Assembly (NCBI GenBank): GCA_903813345.2
Contig: CAIIXF020000001.1
Location: forward strand, 14,198,001 to 14,262,000
Source of the DNA: Owenia fusiformis
Taxonomy: Eukaryota
DNA: 64,000 nt
Direction of reading: 5' to 3'
The position numbers were made by a program, and so were the translations under genes. The notes beneath the pieces are model-generated. The model was not told where the DNA came from and did no database searches. It worked only from the letters and a program-made list of their open reading frames with translations. Below, piece after piece: positions 1 through 11,700 of this stretch. Each line of letters opens with the position of its first letter. Within the stretch, counting starts at the first letter, position 1.

Positions 1-140
1 GTAGCTGAGTAGGTAGCTGAGTAAGCAGCTGAGCAGGTAGCTGAGTAAGTAGCTGAGTAGGTAGCTGAGTAAGTAGCTGAGTAGGTAGCTGAGTAGGTAG
101 CAAAGTAGGTAGCCGAGTAGGTAAGTAGGTAGGTAAGTAG
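1..140. repeat. 12-bp tandem repeat (GTAGCTGAGTAG/A)n decaying into GTAG/GTAA repeats
   Basis: Directly visible tandem units from base 1; runs off the window edge. Confidence 0.9.
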
Positions 141-1703
141 GAATTTTTGACCGGAAGTCGGATTCAAATTTGGTTTGCAGATTTAGATTCCTGAGAAAAT
201 TCTACCCTTTATTCATAACTCTAAGTTAAATTATGAGAACTTTTTTTTTTTACCTACTTTACGGACACCATATCTCAAAAGTGGGTCAAAATACTTTCTG
301 ACGGCAAAAGGCTCTCACTATTAGCACACTATTTGCTACCTGTATACAAATTTTTGAAGCAAATCCTAAAAGTGTAGTGCCAGAATCGCAAAAATAAGGA
401 AAAACTATGAATTTGACCTAGATTTTGACCTAGGCATTTTGGTGTCCATATATTGAAACTAGGTAGCTTTTGAGGTCCCTTTCTTTTATAGGAATTCATT
501 ATCTTAAGCTGTACTCAATCTATATCTCGTATTTTACACTTCAAAAAAATCTTTTTTCCTTGACTTTCTATAAGGATACCATCAGATCGATTTTCCGAAA
601 TTTCAAAACGCCATAACTTCCGAACCGGAAGTAGGATCGAAATTTGATTTAAAGATTCGGATTCCTGACAAAATTCTACCCCTAATTCATAACTCATACG
701 TTAAATTTGGCGAATTTTTATTTTGACCTACTTTTCGGACACGCCATAACTTTGGAACCGGAAGTCGGATCGAAATTTAGTTTGCAGATTCGGATTCCTG
801 AGAAAATTCTACTCTTAACTCATAACTCATATGTTAAATTTGGAGACTTTTTTATTTTGACCTACTTTTCGGACACCATATCTCAAAAGTGGGTCACAAT
901 ACTCTCTGACGGCAAAAGGCTAACACTATTAGCACACTCTTTGCTACATGTATACAAAATTTTGAAGCAAATCATTAAAGTGTAGTGTCAGAATCGCAAA
1001 AAGAAGGAAAAACTATGAATTTGGCCTAGATTTTGACCTAGGCATTTTGGTGTCCAAATATTGAAACTAAATAGCTTTTGAGGTTCCTTTCTTTTATAGA
1101 AGTTCATTATCTTTAGCTATACTCAGTCTATATCTCGTATTTTACACTTCAAAAAAGTCTTTTTTCCCATTGACTTAACATGAGGCACCAAATTTAGCGA
1201 TTTTGAGCTTTCAAACCGCCATAACTTCCGAACCAGAAGTCGGATCGAAATTTGGTTTGCAGATTCGGATTCCTGAGAAAATTCTACCCTTATTTCATAG
1301 CTCATTTGTTAAATTTGGAGAACTTCTTTAGTTTGACCTACTTTCTGGACGCCATATCTCAAAATCCGTAAGAGTAATCAAAAAACGGATGGCACACTCT
1401 CGATTTGTTTTTTTCTAAGCTACATGTTGAAAAAAAGATGAAGGAGTAAGGACAAACACCAACGAAGATAATTGACAGATTATTGATTTGACCTTAATTT
1501 GACCTAGTTCTTGACCTTTGACCTAGATAAAAAATTGACCTAATTTCCCAGAAACTAGGTTGATGGGCTATGTTGGCCATGTAAGTAGGTTAAAGTAAGT
1601 TCTTCTAGTTGCTGAGAAAAAGTGTTCGGAAAGAAAGAAAGAAAGAATAATAAGAAAACTGGCAAAAGCAATAGACTCCAGATTTTCAATCTGGAGTCTA
1701 ATA
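141..1703. mobile_element. Non-autonomous repeat with an internal ~608-bp tandem duplication, (GAAA)n tract and terminal hairpin (HINE/Helentron-MITE-like)
   Basis: Near-identical blocks 608 bp apart (e.g. ~412/~1020, 518/1126); TGACCTTTGACC motif near 1512; (GAAA)n near 1630; hairpin TAGACTCCAGAT-tttca-ATCTGGAGTCTA at 1672-1700. Confidence 0.6.
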
Positions 1704-1765
1704 AGGAGAAGGTCAATCAACAACACAATATTGATTATGGTGAAGATGAATCATGTAAAGTTACA

Positions 1766-2069
1766 TATAAAGCAGCATCAAAATGTTCTTTTATTCTTGT
1801 AAATGAAAATGAAACTGAAAACTATTGATTCCATTTCCTCGAAACAAAACTCACAAAACTAAACATATATAAGGTTGGTATAAAGTGACTTATCTTTGTC
1901 CTTTGTACTTTGTCCCAAGAGTAAGGAATGTATGAATATAAAGCAGCATTAAAATGTCATACCTGTTCTTTTATTCTTGTAAATAAAAATGAAACTGAAA
2001 ACTATTGATTCCATTTCCTCGAAACAAAACTCACAAAACTAAACATATATAAGGTTGGTATAAAGTGAC
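1766..2069 (+). promoter_or_regulatory. Tandemly duplicated ~125-bp upstream block of ART gene 1, with ISRE-like and TATA-like motifs
   Basis: 1766-1889 is repeated at ~1937-2069; GAAAATGAAACTGAAA at 1805-1820 and GAAACTGAAA at 1991-2000; TATATAA/TATAAAG in each copy; ~90 bp upstream of ATG 2162. Function is inferred from motifs only. Confidence 0.5.
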
Positions 2070-2161
2070 AACCCAACTATGTGGCCTGAATTAGAAAACT
2101 TAAGACATACACAATTTATCCTACAACACTAACTGCAATTTGTCAAAGAATCTGAACAAAT

Positions 2162-3296
2162 ATGAAAGTTTATCATTACACTTCAGAAGCCGGCATCAAA
2201 GGCATTAAGTCATCAATGAAGATAAAACAATCAACTGATAAGAAGAAAGATGCAATGCTTGGAGAAGGGGTTTATTTTACAACAATGACTCCAAGACAAC
2301 ACTCCAAAGAAGAGATAATCCGAAATAATTGGGATGGTGGTAAATACTATTATTATGATAATAATTGCACAATTTAGTACTTTTTTATGTCAAGAATATT
2401 GGAAATAATTTGTTCTTTTGAATGAATGGTCTTGTGGATTTTGGATAGTGATCATTCTTGAAGGATTGAGAAGGGGTTGTTAGGTATTGTTCCTTTGTAC
2501 ATTGGATGTGCCTTTATTTTTTCACTTTGGTGCTTGCATGTTTATTGAATTGGACATTTGTAGGGGACAAAAGCTTTCTTTATTTGGTTTACATTTTTGA
2601 GCATCTCCATCACTGGCACCAGAACAGATAGTACAAATGACTGAAATAAAATTTCACCCTATTAACCAAGGACAGTAGGAAAGGGGGGGGGGGGTGGATT
2701 GTAGTTTTTCATTTCTGTCGATTCTATTGTCTGTTTGGTGACTGTGATCTCTACTACTGTAACAAAAAATGATATTTGCAATGAGCTACCAGTATGATCT
2801 ATGATCCGGCTGATCCAGTATCCATTTGAGTCTGCATTGCTTAACTTTGTAACATATTGGTCTGTTCTTTGGTGGCTATTTTTTGAGTGTTTCTTTAGAT
2901 TAAATATTATTTTACCACCATTTTTAATTTAAATATTTTTCTGTTTATAATAAATGGGAACCTGTCACACTTTTTAAGATTGGGATGAGAACACTGAACT
3001 AAGACTTTTTAAGATCAATCAAAACATTTAAGGCTCTTGTTTGCCCTCTGCAATCATACATCAGCAGGTAAGATAACAAACTATTATTATTGTTTATAGC
3101 TGTAATGGCGATGCATACAAACAGATTGGATTGGGCAATAGAGTTGGACATTCCACGAAGTCGACTAATGAAGAACGAAAGTGATGGGAGAGATATATTC
3201 GCCTTCCCTGGAGATGTTAACCTGAATGATTTCCCACATCAATTCATCAAAGTGGATGAAGACCTGAACATGACGATCCAACCAATGATCATGTAG
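2162..3296 (+). CDS. Small ADP-ribosyltransferase-like protein (Tox-ART-HYD1-like), 124 aa; exons 2162-2339 and 3100-3296
   Basis: MKVYHYTS...GEGVYFT...GRDIF matches the H-Y-D ART signature; GT at 2340 and AG at 3098-3099 join in phase 1; the intron position is the same in the neighbouring paralogue. Confidence 0.8.
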
Positions 3297-4112
3297 ACTT
3301 TGATGCTAACTAACTATGGATTACAAATAATACAATTAGGACTCATATAAATGATGTAAAAAATATAACAAATAATATACACAAATTAAAAAGATCTTCT
3401 ATGATCGAGGACAAATACATGTACATGTATAAGATTCCAGGTTTTAGTAATGATGTTTATTGAGAAATAAAAAAGATGGTTAATGTTTAGAAAAACATTT
3501 GGGTCAATTATTTCATTCAAGCCCATCTATAAACTTTACTTTTAGCAAGGAGAATCAACTCAAGCCTATTCACCATGATCTTAAAACAACATGCCATAAC
3601 CCCCCCCCCCCCATCCTCTACAAGTCTACTTTTTGTGTCTTCAAAATTTCAATTGTTAAGAGTATATTAGTGGAAAAACGAATATGTTTCCATTTCTGAG
3701 AATAAGGAAGTGATTGATTGTAAATGGTGAAAGTTCATTGCAACCTTGATATATTTCATGAATCATATTCATGTAAGTTTGGAAAATATATGTGACACAG
3801 AAAATGCATGATGGGATTCCCGAAGGATGAATTATAGTATGAACATTGCACAATTCGAAAGTAGATAGAAATAGTCGACCTGAGGTAGACTATAGGTTCT
3901 ACATTGTGATTTTAAAGCATAGGAAAAGTGATATTCAATTTCCACTATTATTCATTCATTACAATTATAGACCAAGACTACTTGATTCATACGAAAAGGT
4001 AGACTGATAATATGAAGATTAACCATTTTAACCTTCATCTAATCTGTGACCTTTCTAAGTGCAATGTACAGTACAATGTATTTCCTGAATGCCAACACGG
4101 TGAACCCTAAAT

Positions 4113-4123
4113 GGGGATTCCCC
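4113..4123. promoter_or_regulatory. NF-kB-like site GGGGATTCCCC upstream of ART gene 2
   Basis: Matches GGGRNNYYCC about 135 bp upstream of ATG 4258; a second GGGATTCCC at 3813-3821; GAAAAAGAAAACT near 4170. Confidence 0.45.
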
Positions 4124-4257
4124 TTAACTAAATGGTTTCTATTCCGATAAGTCTTTATATGAAACAAAAGAAAAAGAAAACTGGTAAACGTAGACTAAAA
4201 TAGATCTTAGCTCTCTCACTCCACAGTCTGCTGCAGTGAACGATCAACAAAAAGAAG

Positions 4258-5367
4258 ATGAAAGTTTATCATTACACCTCAGAAGATGGCCTGAAAGGCA
4301 TACAGTCGTCTATGATGATTCATGAATCTACAGACACAACTAAAGATGCAATGCTTGGATATGGTGTTTACTTTACAACTATGGATCCTGGACAGCACTC
4401 AAAAGAAGAAATTTTACAAAATAATTATGATAGTGGTAAATAAATACTGCAAAATATTGTTAGCTAGTAGTATATATAGTTTAGTTCTGAGAAAACTGAG
4501 CAAGCAATATTTAAGTTATAGTAAAAATGGTGGGCATTTAGATAAGATTAGTAAGTGGCCATTTTGAAATGAATAACTGCAAGAAATTGATTCCTATGCC
4601 ATGGCACCATGCCATGTTTTGTAATAACCATGAATGAAGCACTAATTTGAATAAAAAAGCTGTTAGATTTCCAACACCTATTCGAAAGTGTAAATTTTTT
4701 AGCAAAAGATGGTGGCAATTATAGAGAGAGATGACATAAGAAATCCTTTTTTACTTGCAATATTTTTTGAGTTAAAAATGATTGATTTATTAGATGGGAT
4801 CTATAGGAAATCTCCTATGTGACATAAATATTACCAAAAATACTCCTGGGACTCTGTTTTCATGGAGTGCGGACAGAAGGGACCTTCAGGTGCCAAATCT
4901 TAAATAATGTATGAATCGATTTGGTTGTAAATAATTTTTCCTGAAAATATTCCCAATTATCCTCACCTGTTTTTATTCCAATCTAAGTCTAGGCAAATTA
5001 AATATTCCCTAAAAATTCCAAATGTGAGAATTTTGTATTTCTATTTATAGCAATAAGGGCAATGCATGTCAAAAGAATGGACTACGCTATAGAGGTGGAG
5101 ATCCCAATAGGCCAACTGAAAGAAAATCCAGGAATGAGAAATGTTTGGGTTCATCCTGGATCTGTATATCTGAATGATTATCCACATCGATTCATCAGAG
5201 TCAGTGATGATCTTAAAAAAGTGTTTGAAAAAGGGTCACTATTGAGAAATGTATTTCTTGGAGGCGCAGTTGCAGTTGGAGTTGGAGTTGCAGCTGGAGT
5301 TCTTGGAGTCGGAGGTGTAATTGTAGCAGGAGTCTTAGCCTTGGGAGCAGTTTTTAACTGGAACTAA
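4258..5367 (+). CDS. Second Tox-ART-HYD1-like protein, 164 aa, with a C-terminal Gly/Val-rich hydrophobic tail; exons 4258-4435 and 5051-5367
   Basis: MKVYHYTS...GYGVYFT; GT at 4436 and AG at 5049-5050 join in phase 1; collinear with gene 1; tail LGGAVAVGVGVAAGVLGVGGVIVAGVLALGAVF. Confidence 0.8.
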
Positions 5368-5706
5368 GGTTTATTTAGGAAACCAGCTGATCAGAACATG
5401 AATTATACATGTAGAAACAAATCTGAACAGAGAACAATAGTGAAGTACATTTGTTTAATTTATCTGATATAATAGAGTCACACATCTTTAAGAGATTATC
5501 ACCCTCATATATATTAGGCACTGCTGTCCCCCTCTCAAATGGATTTTCAAAGGGACCTCTTTATGACTATTTCTCTCGATACTCAGTATACTTCATTGGA
5601 CATAACTATGATGGGGAGAACTAACACAGGACAATAGTTCTACACATTCACACAGAGGTTCTCTTAAAAATATGTGACTCACCTCCCTTATAATATAAGA
5701 ACTTAC

Positions 5707-8700
5707 CCCTAAGTTGTGACAGTTACATCTTGTGTCATTGCCAGCCCTCTGCTGATACTCCTCGTCATTAGGGAAGCTACAAGATGCACTGTATATAGCA
5801 CTAGGTGTATCAGGCACTTGAACAGGGCTACGTAACATGTGGTTCAGGCTTCCTATTGTTCCATTGTTTGGAACACCAGTCACATTTAATAAACCTACAA
5901 GATATTTAGTTCTTATGTTTTGAATAATGACCTCAAAGTATGATTTGTGATGACAATTTATAAAGTACATCAACAGTTACACAACTAGTTTTTAATTTAT
6001 TCATAGAGGGGATACGGGTACTGAACATATATTGAGTTTAAACTTATATTGGAATTATTTGCCATTTGACATTGAATCCAGTACATTTAGCTTCTTTTGT
6101 GTTGTAAAAGGTGGCAGGTTTTATTAGAAAAGTCTATTGCTGTTGTACCTTGAAATTCCTGATACATCATTTCATTATTCTACAGTATCATATTATGTCA
6201 TTTTAAAATTGTTAAATCAATAAACCAGTGTTCCAATTCTTTCTCTTTACTAATTTTTCATAGTGTTAACTTACTTGTCAAGAGATTATAAAGCTCTATA
6301 TTCTCAAATGGTTCCACTGTGAATCCTTGTTTAAAGTGGGGACCATGGGCCATAAATAGAGATTCCATACTTTTGTCAAGGTTGTCGTAACCATGGTTAC
6401 CACCTGTACATCCCCTGTAGCTATACCTACATGTGAAAGAAAAATTGATTCCCATTTTTGTTAATTACTTTTTGATTGTATATGCTGTAGTTATATCAAT
6501 AAATCTTTATTATCATATCACATTAGATTGTATTATGTGGTCATTATTAGCAGACACACGCAGTCTTTTATCTGAGCAGCAAAGTGACTTTTAGATGACA
6601 TATATTCTTCTGGGATGGTTTCAAATTTTCTAACCAAAATGGATATGAACAAAAACATCTAAGTGCTAACAGCTAGCGCACCATCTGTCACTTTCAGATA
6701 AGTGAGCGAGAGCTTGCCCAACATGTCAACAGGTTTGGACCAAAGGGTAAAGACGTATGGAAACTCAAATACCTCCCAACCAGCCATTCAGCATCCATAT
6801 CCAAGATGACATCATCAATACGATCATTGTTAGCATAATGATGGCGTTTAGGAAGCCAGTGTTTGTCAAAGACTTTCATATGCTCAGATTTACACTTTAG
6901 ATCATCCAAAATCTTTGAAGTAGGAGCTGAAAGTTAAGGAGGTTCATCAGGAATCATTAATATCTTCAAATTTTTGTTTGGTCATTCAGACAACTGATAA
7001 GCTTCCCGTATAAAAACAATATGGCAGCTCCATGTGAGTCAACTGGATCAGTCCATCTTTAAGGGATAAGGGGAGTTTTGTAAAATCCAATTTATTGAAA
7101 TTGTCATGGGGATAAAGTAATCCATTTAAAATGATTCTGAAAACATTATTGGGAGAGTAATTGTTCAAATAATGCAAATAATGCAGGTACAATAGCCAAT
7201 ACAAATCCTTGTATTAAAACTCCCAAAATTTTATGTAATTTTGGTTTTTATAAGTTAATTATACTTACCTATTATGTCATTACAATATGCTAAAAGCTAC
7301 CATAGTCACCTTTTATTGGAACAATTATTTTCTACTTTCACTTTCACTTTCGGTTTCCCGGAAGCCCCGCCCACTTTACGTCATAGTTGCGCATGCGCAC
7401 CATTCATTTTTCACTAGGTGAAACGCTTATTTTAAAGCTGATAAGCGGGGTGGCAAGGGAGGGCTTTTGATGTAATGACATAATAGGTAAGTATAATTAA
7501 CTTATAAAAACCAAAATTACATAAAATTTTGGGATTTTACTACGTAAATTAATATCACTTACCAATTATGTCATTACAATATGCTGAATCCCACCAGAGC
7601 AGGTGGAGGGATATTAGCTTAGAAAATAAAATACTCCAAAAACAGCATTAACTGATTAGAATTCGTACTTGAATCACTATCCTTACCATAGGATATTAAG
7701 TTAAATAATTTTGCAACGCAAAACTAAAAGTAACAAGTGAAAATAATTTATCCAAGCACACTCCTTTGTTATTCATATCTTAATTATTGATAACAAATAA
7801 ATGGATATGAACAACAAAAAACTTTCCACCTTTTATTGGTAGGATAATGAACTATAAGACTTTTAAACTTACTTAAACAGTTTTGTTCGCAGCAATGAAG
7901 TGGTTGCCTTCGAAGTCTTTCAAGGACACTTCCTTTAAGTAAAATGAAGCGAACGTGTTAAAGTTAGTCCATCTTCCAGCTTGAATAATCTCGTCTAGAG
8001 TGCAATTCTTCGCAAAAGCAATGGAAGTTGATAAGGCTCTGAGTTGGTGAGTTTTAACCTTATAAACCTGCTCAGCATGCTTGGGAAAAGACTGTAATGC
8101 CTTTGCTACACAATTCTTCACCCATGAAGTTATTGTGTTAGCATGTATCTCTTCTTTATAGCCTTTCTTGTATGATATAAACAATCTTTGTTGTTTATCT
8201 CTCATGGGCTTTGATCTTCTCATATAAACTTTTAATGCTCTAACAGGGCATAAAAGCTTATCATCTTGAAGATCTGGTGTCAAAAAACCTGTTAAGGCTT
8301 TTATCTCAATGTCCTTCAGGACAGTACCTCCAGCCTTTAGTAAGGTCTTGGGTACAAAGTCAGATTTGAATCCTAGAAAAATGGATTGCCAGTCAATACT
8401 ATGTGACACCTTCTTAAGCACCAAGGCATGTATCTCACTGCGTCTTGCTGCAGATGCTAACAGAGTGAGAAAAACTGTTTTCCACGTGACAAATTTTAAA
8501 TCAACTATCTCGATAGGTTCAAAAGGAGGTCTCATAAGACCTTGTAGGACCACATTTAAATCCCAGTTTGGAATTTTATTAGAGATATTCCTCGGTCTTT
8601 CTTGTTTGAAATTAGATAGCAAACAAGAAATCAAAGGATCTGAACCAATATCTAAATTCGAAGTTTCTTTCAGAGTATTACCTAAGGCTGTTCTGTATCC

Positions 8701-11700
8701 TGCTATAGTAACTGGTTGAAGTTTTCTATCTTCAAATAACCAATTCAGAAAATCGGCTACTACAGTAACAGAAGTTCTGAATGGATCTCTATTCCGTTCA
8801 GAACACCAACCAGCCCAGACTCTCCATTTCGAGTCATATACCTTGATCGAGGAGTTTCTTTGAGGTTTTGCAATTCTTTCTGCAACCTTGTTTGAAAAGC
8901 CTTTGTTTTTAAAGGATTGTTTGACAGCCTCCAAGCGTGAAGCTTGAATATTTGGGGATTTTGATGAAATACCCATTGTCTTGTCTGTTTCAACATTTTT
9001 GGAACTACTGGAATGTTTAGAGGTTTCTCTACAAGAGACTCTAACAGTCTGGGATACCATGCTTGTTTCTCCCATAATGGGGCAATGAGAATCATTTCCA
9101 CATTTGTCGTTTGCAACATCTTGTTCAGAACAAGAGAGATTAATGGTGTCGGGGGAAAGGCATAAGCCCACAGACCTTTCCAATCCATACTTAGAGCATC
9201 TACCTCCCATGCTAGCGTATCCGGGACTGGTGACACAAATAGAGGTAATTTCGTGTTGTGTCGTGTCGCAAAAAGGTCTATTAGAGGTTTTCCCCATTTC
9301 CTGCAAATTGCATGGAAAATTTGATCTTTCAGACTCCACTCTGTTGACAGAATCTGAGACTTTCTGGACAGAGCATCTGCCAGAATGTTCAATCTCCCTG
9401 GAATATGACGTATTGTCATTTCTATATTGTTGACTTGATTCCATAGCAGAATTCTTTTTGTTACCTTGAATAACTGGTAAGAATGTGTGCCGCCTTGATT
9501 TTTCAAATAGGCCACAGTGGATGCATTGTCTGAGGATACTTGTATCCTTTTCCCCTGTACTTGAGGTTGAAAATGTTTGAGACTTAACTCTACTGCCATC
9601 AACTCCTTCATGTTGATGTGCAGGTTCAGATCTTGTTTGGACCACATCTTTGAAACTTCTAGATTTTCTAAATGTGCTCCCCAAGCTGTCATTGAACTGT
9701 CTGTGAACAGTTTTAGATCTACTGAATTCTGCATTTGAATCGGAACACCTTTCACAAGATTGTCCTTGTTTAGCCACCAGACTAAGTCTTGTCTTGTCAT
9801 TTTGGACCATGGAATCAAAATGTTCATGTCCTTTGAGGCATTCCAATTTCTCTGGAGATCGTATTGCATCTCCCTCATGAACAATCTCCCTAATGGCACA
9901 ATTTTCTCTGTTGCCGCTAGGAGACCCAAAATTCTTTTCCAGAATTTTGCTGTTTGTAAAGGTTTCGCTAGGAAACGCTGTATCTCTGTTTCGAGTAACT
10001 TCACTCTGTATTGAGTGGGTAAAATTAGACCTTTCTTTAGGTCGTAAAGTGAGCCCAGGTAAGTAAGTTGCTGAGTTGGATTTAACTCTGACTTCTCCAG
10101 ATTTAGGAGAAAGCCTAACTTTTTCGTTAAGTTGCACACAGTCTTTGTGTTCTCCGAACTTACTTGGTGTGATGATGCTATTATCATCCAATCGTCGAGA
10201 TACTGGAACATCTTTATATTTATTGAATGAAGGAATTTTTTGATCTGAGAAACTATCTCTGTGAAAATTAAAGGAGCTGTTGCTAGACCAAATGGAAGAC
10301 ATTTCCATTGGAAGACTCCCCGATTTTTCACGGCAAATCTCAGATATTTCTGGTGAGACCTGGCGATAGGGACATGCAAATAGGCCTGTCGAAGGTCTAT
10401 AGAAGTCATGTACATTCCCTTCTCCAGATTTCTTTTGATGATTTCTGGAGTGTCCATCTTGAATGATGGGACATTCAGAAATAGATTTAGAGTTGACAGG
10501 TCTGTCACGGGTCTCCATTTGTCGGATGACTTTTTTGGAACCAGAAATATTCGACTGTAAAACCCTGGGGAAGAAATGTCTTCTACTTGTTCTATAGCAT
10601 TCTCCTCTAGGAGAGTGTTGATTAGGTCGAAAACTGCCTCTCTTTTTAGAGGATTGTGGAATTCTGACCAAAGGGGAGTCTTTTGTAACTTTGGCTTTTC
10701 TTTGAATGGAAGATAATAGCCTTCTTTTAAAAGGTTTATCACTTTTGCCGAAGCATTTATTTGACTCCATTCCTGCCAGAATTCCATCAACCTCCCACCC
10801 ACTTTGTCGTTTGACGATGTATGGAGGTAATTTTCGACCTGGAATAAGTCACTGTTTATCAGTGGACTTTCCTCTACCGACAGATTTACCTCTGCCTCTT
10901 CCTCGAGGAAAACCCTTTGAACCCCGTCCTTTTCCACGAAAAGAACTATCTTTGTTCTGGAACTTATTGGAAGTTTTGGGTTTGTTTTTGTCCTCCTTTT
11001 TAGAGGTGTAGTCTAGAATTTGATTCTGCGCTATATCATTTTTAGCTTTCCTCAAATTTTCTTTCACTTTGGCCAAGTTGTCTTGAAACAACTTCCCAGT
11101 TTGGGGCTCAAGAGTCATAAGTTCTTTGAGATCTGCAAAGGGGATATCTTTATCCGCCTTCATGGAAAGGTAAGAATGTCTCCTGCATGCTACTATTTGA
11201 TTGAGCAAAAAAGCATTAAGACGATACCCATCCTCAATGCAGTGACCAGCTGCTTTAATTAATGTCAAAGCCTGTTCTATTTTCTGACATAAAGAAGGAT
11301 CCATTCCTTCTTCTTTTAACAGATCCTCAAACAGTGGTTTAACAGAACCAATGAACCATTCAGTGTGAGAGGAAGTAACTAGATTTTCTCTAGACACACC
11401 CTCCCAATCTGTCAATGTCTTCAATGACAGGTTCGCAAAATGAGGGTCTAATTTGGCCTTTTGCGAATCATTCTTCTTGAATGGTTTGGCAATGGACGAA
11501 AAATCTTCGTCTATTTTGCAGGGTTCAAACTTATCCTCATCTGGTACGATTTGGTATAAGGCTTTAGGAAGTTTGTATCTTTTCTTACAAAGATTTGGTA
11601 AATCTTTGGAAAAGGCATCCTGGGGTAAGTCGTTAAAGATTTTGACTCCTTCAATCAAGTTATTCTTTACACCTGGGCAAAGTGGCAGTTGTAAAGAATT

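Noticed and set aside
1-140. Possible CRISPR array or telomere
   Set aside because: Contiguous 12-bp units with no unique spacers, and not a known telomeric motif.
515-1305. Paired 60-aa ORFs (515-697, 1123-1305) and 707-985
   Set aside because: By-products of the 608-bp duplicated repeat; no protein motifs.
5593-5706. ENPP ending by read-through to the stop at 5593
   Set aside because: A strong GTAAGT donor sits at the same position as in module A, and the read-through peptide does not resemble ENPP; not fully excluded without cDNA.
7873-9000. Phage integrase or bacterial contamination
   Set aside because: The recombinase is part of a eukaryotic DIRS element inside a spliceosomal intron.
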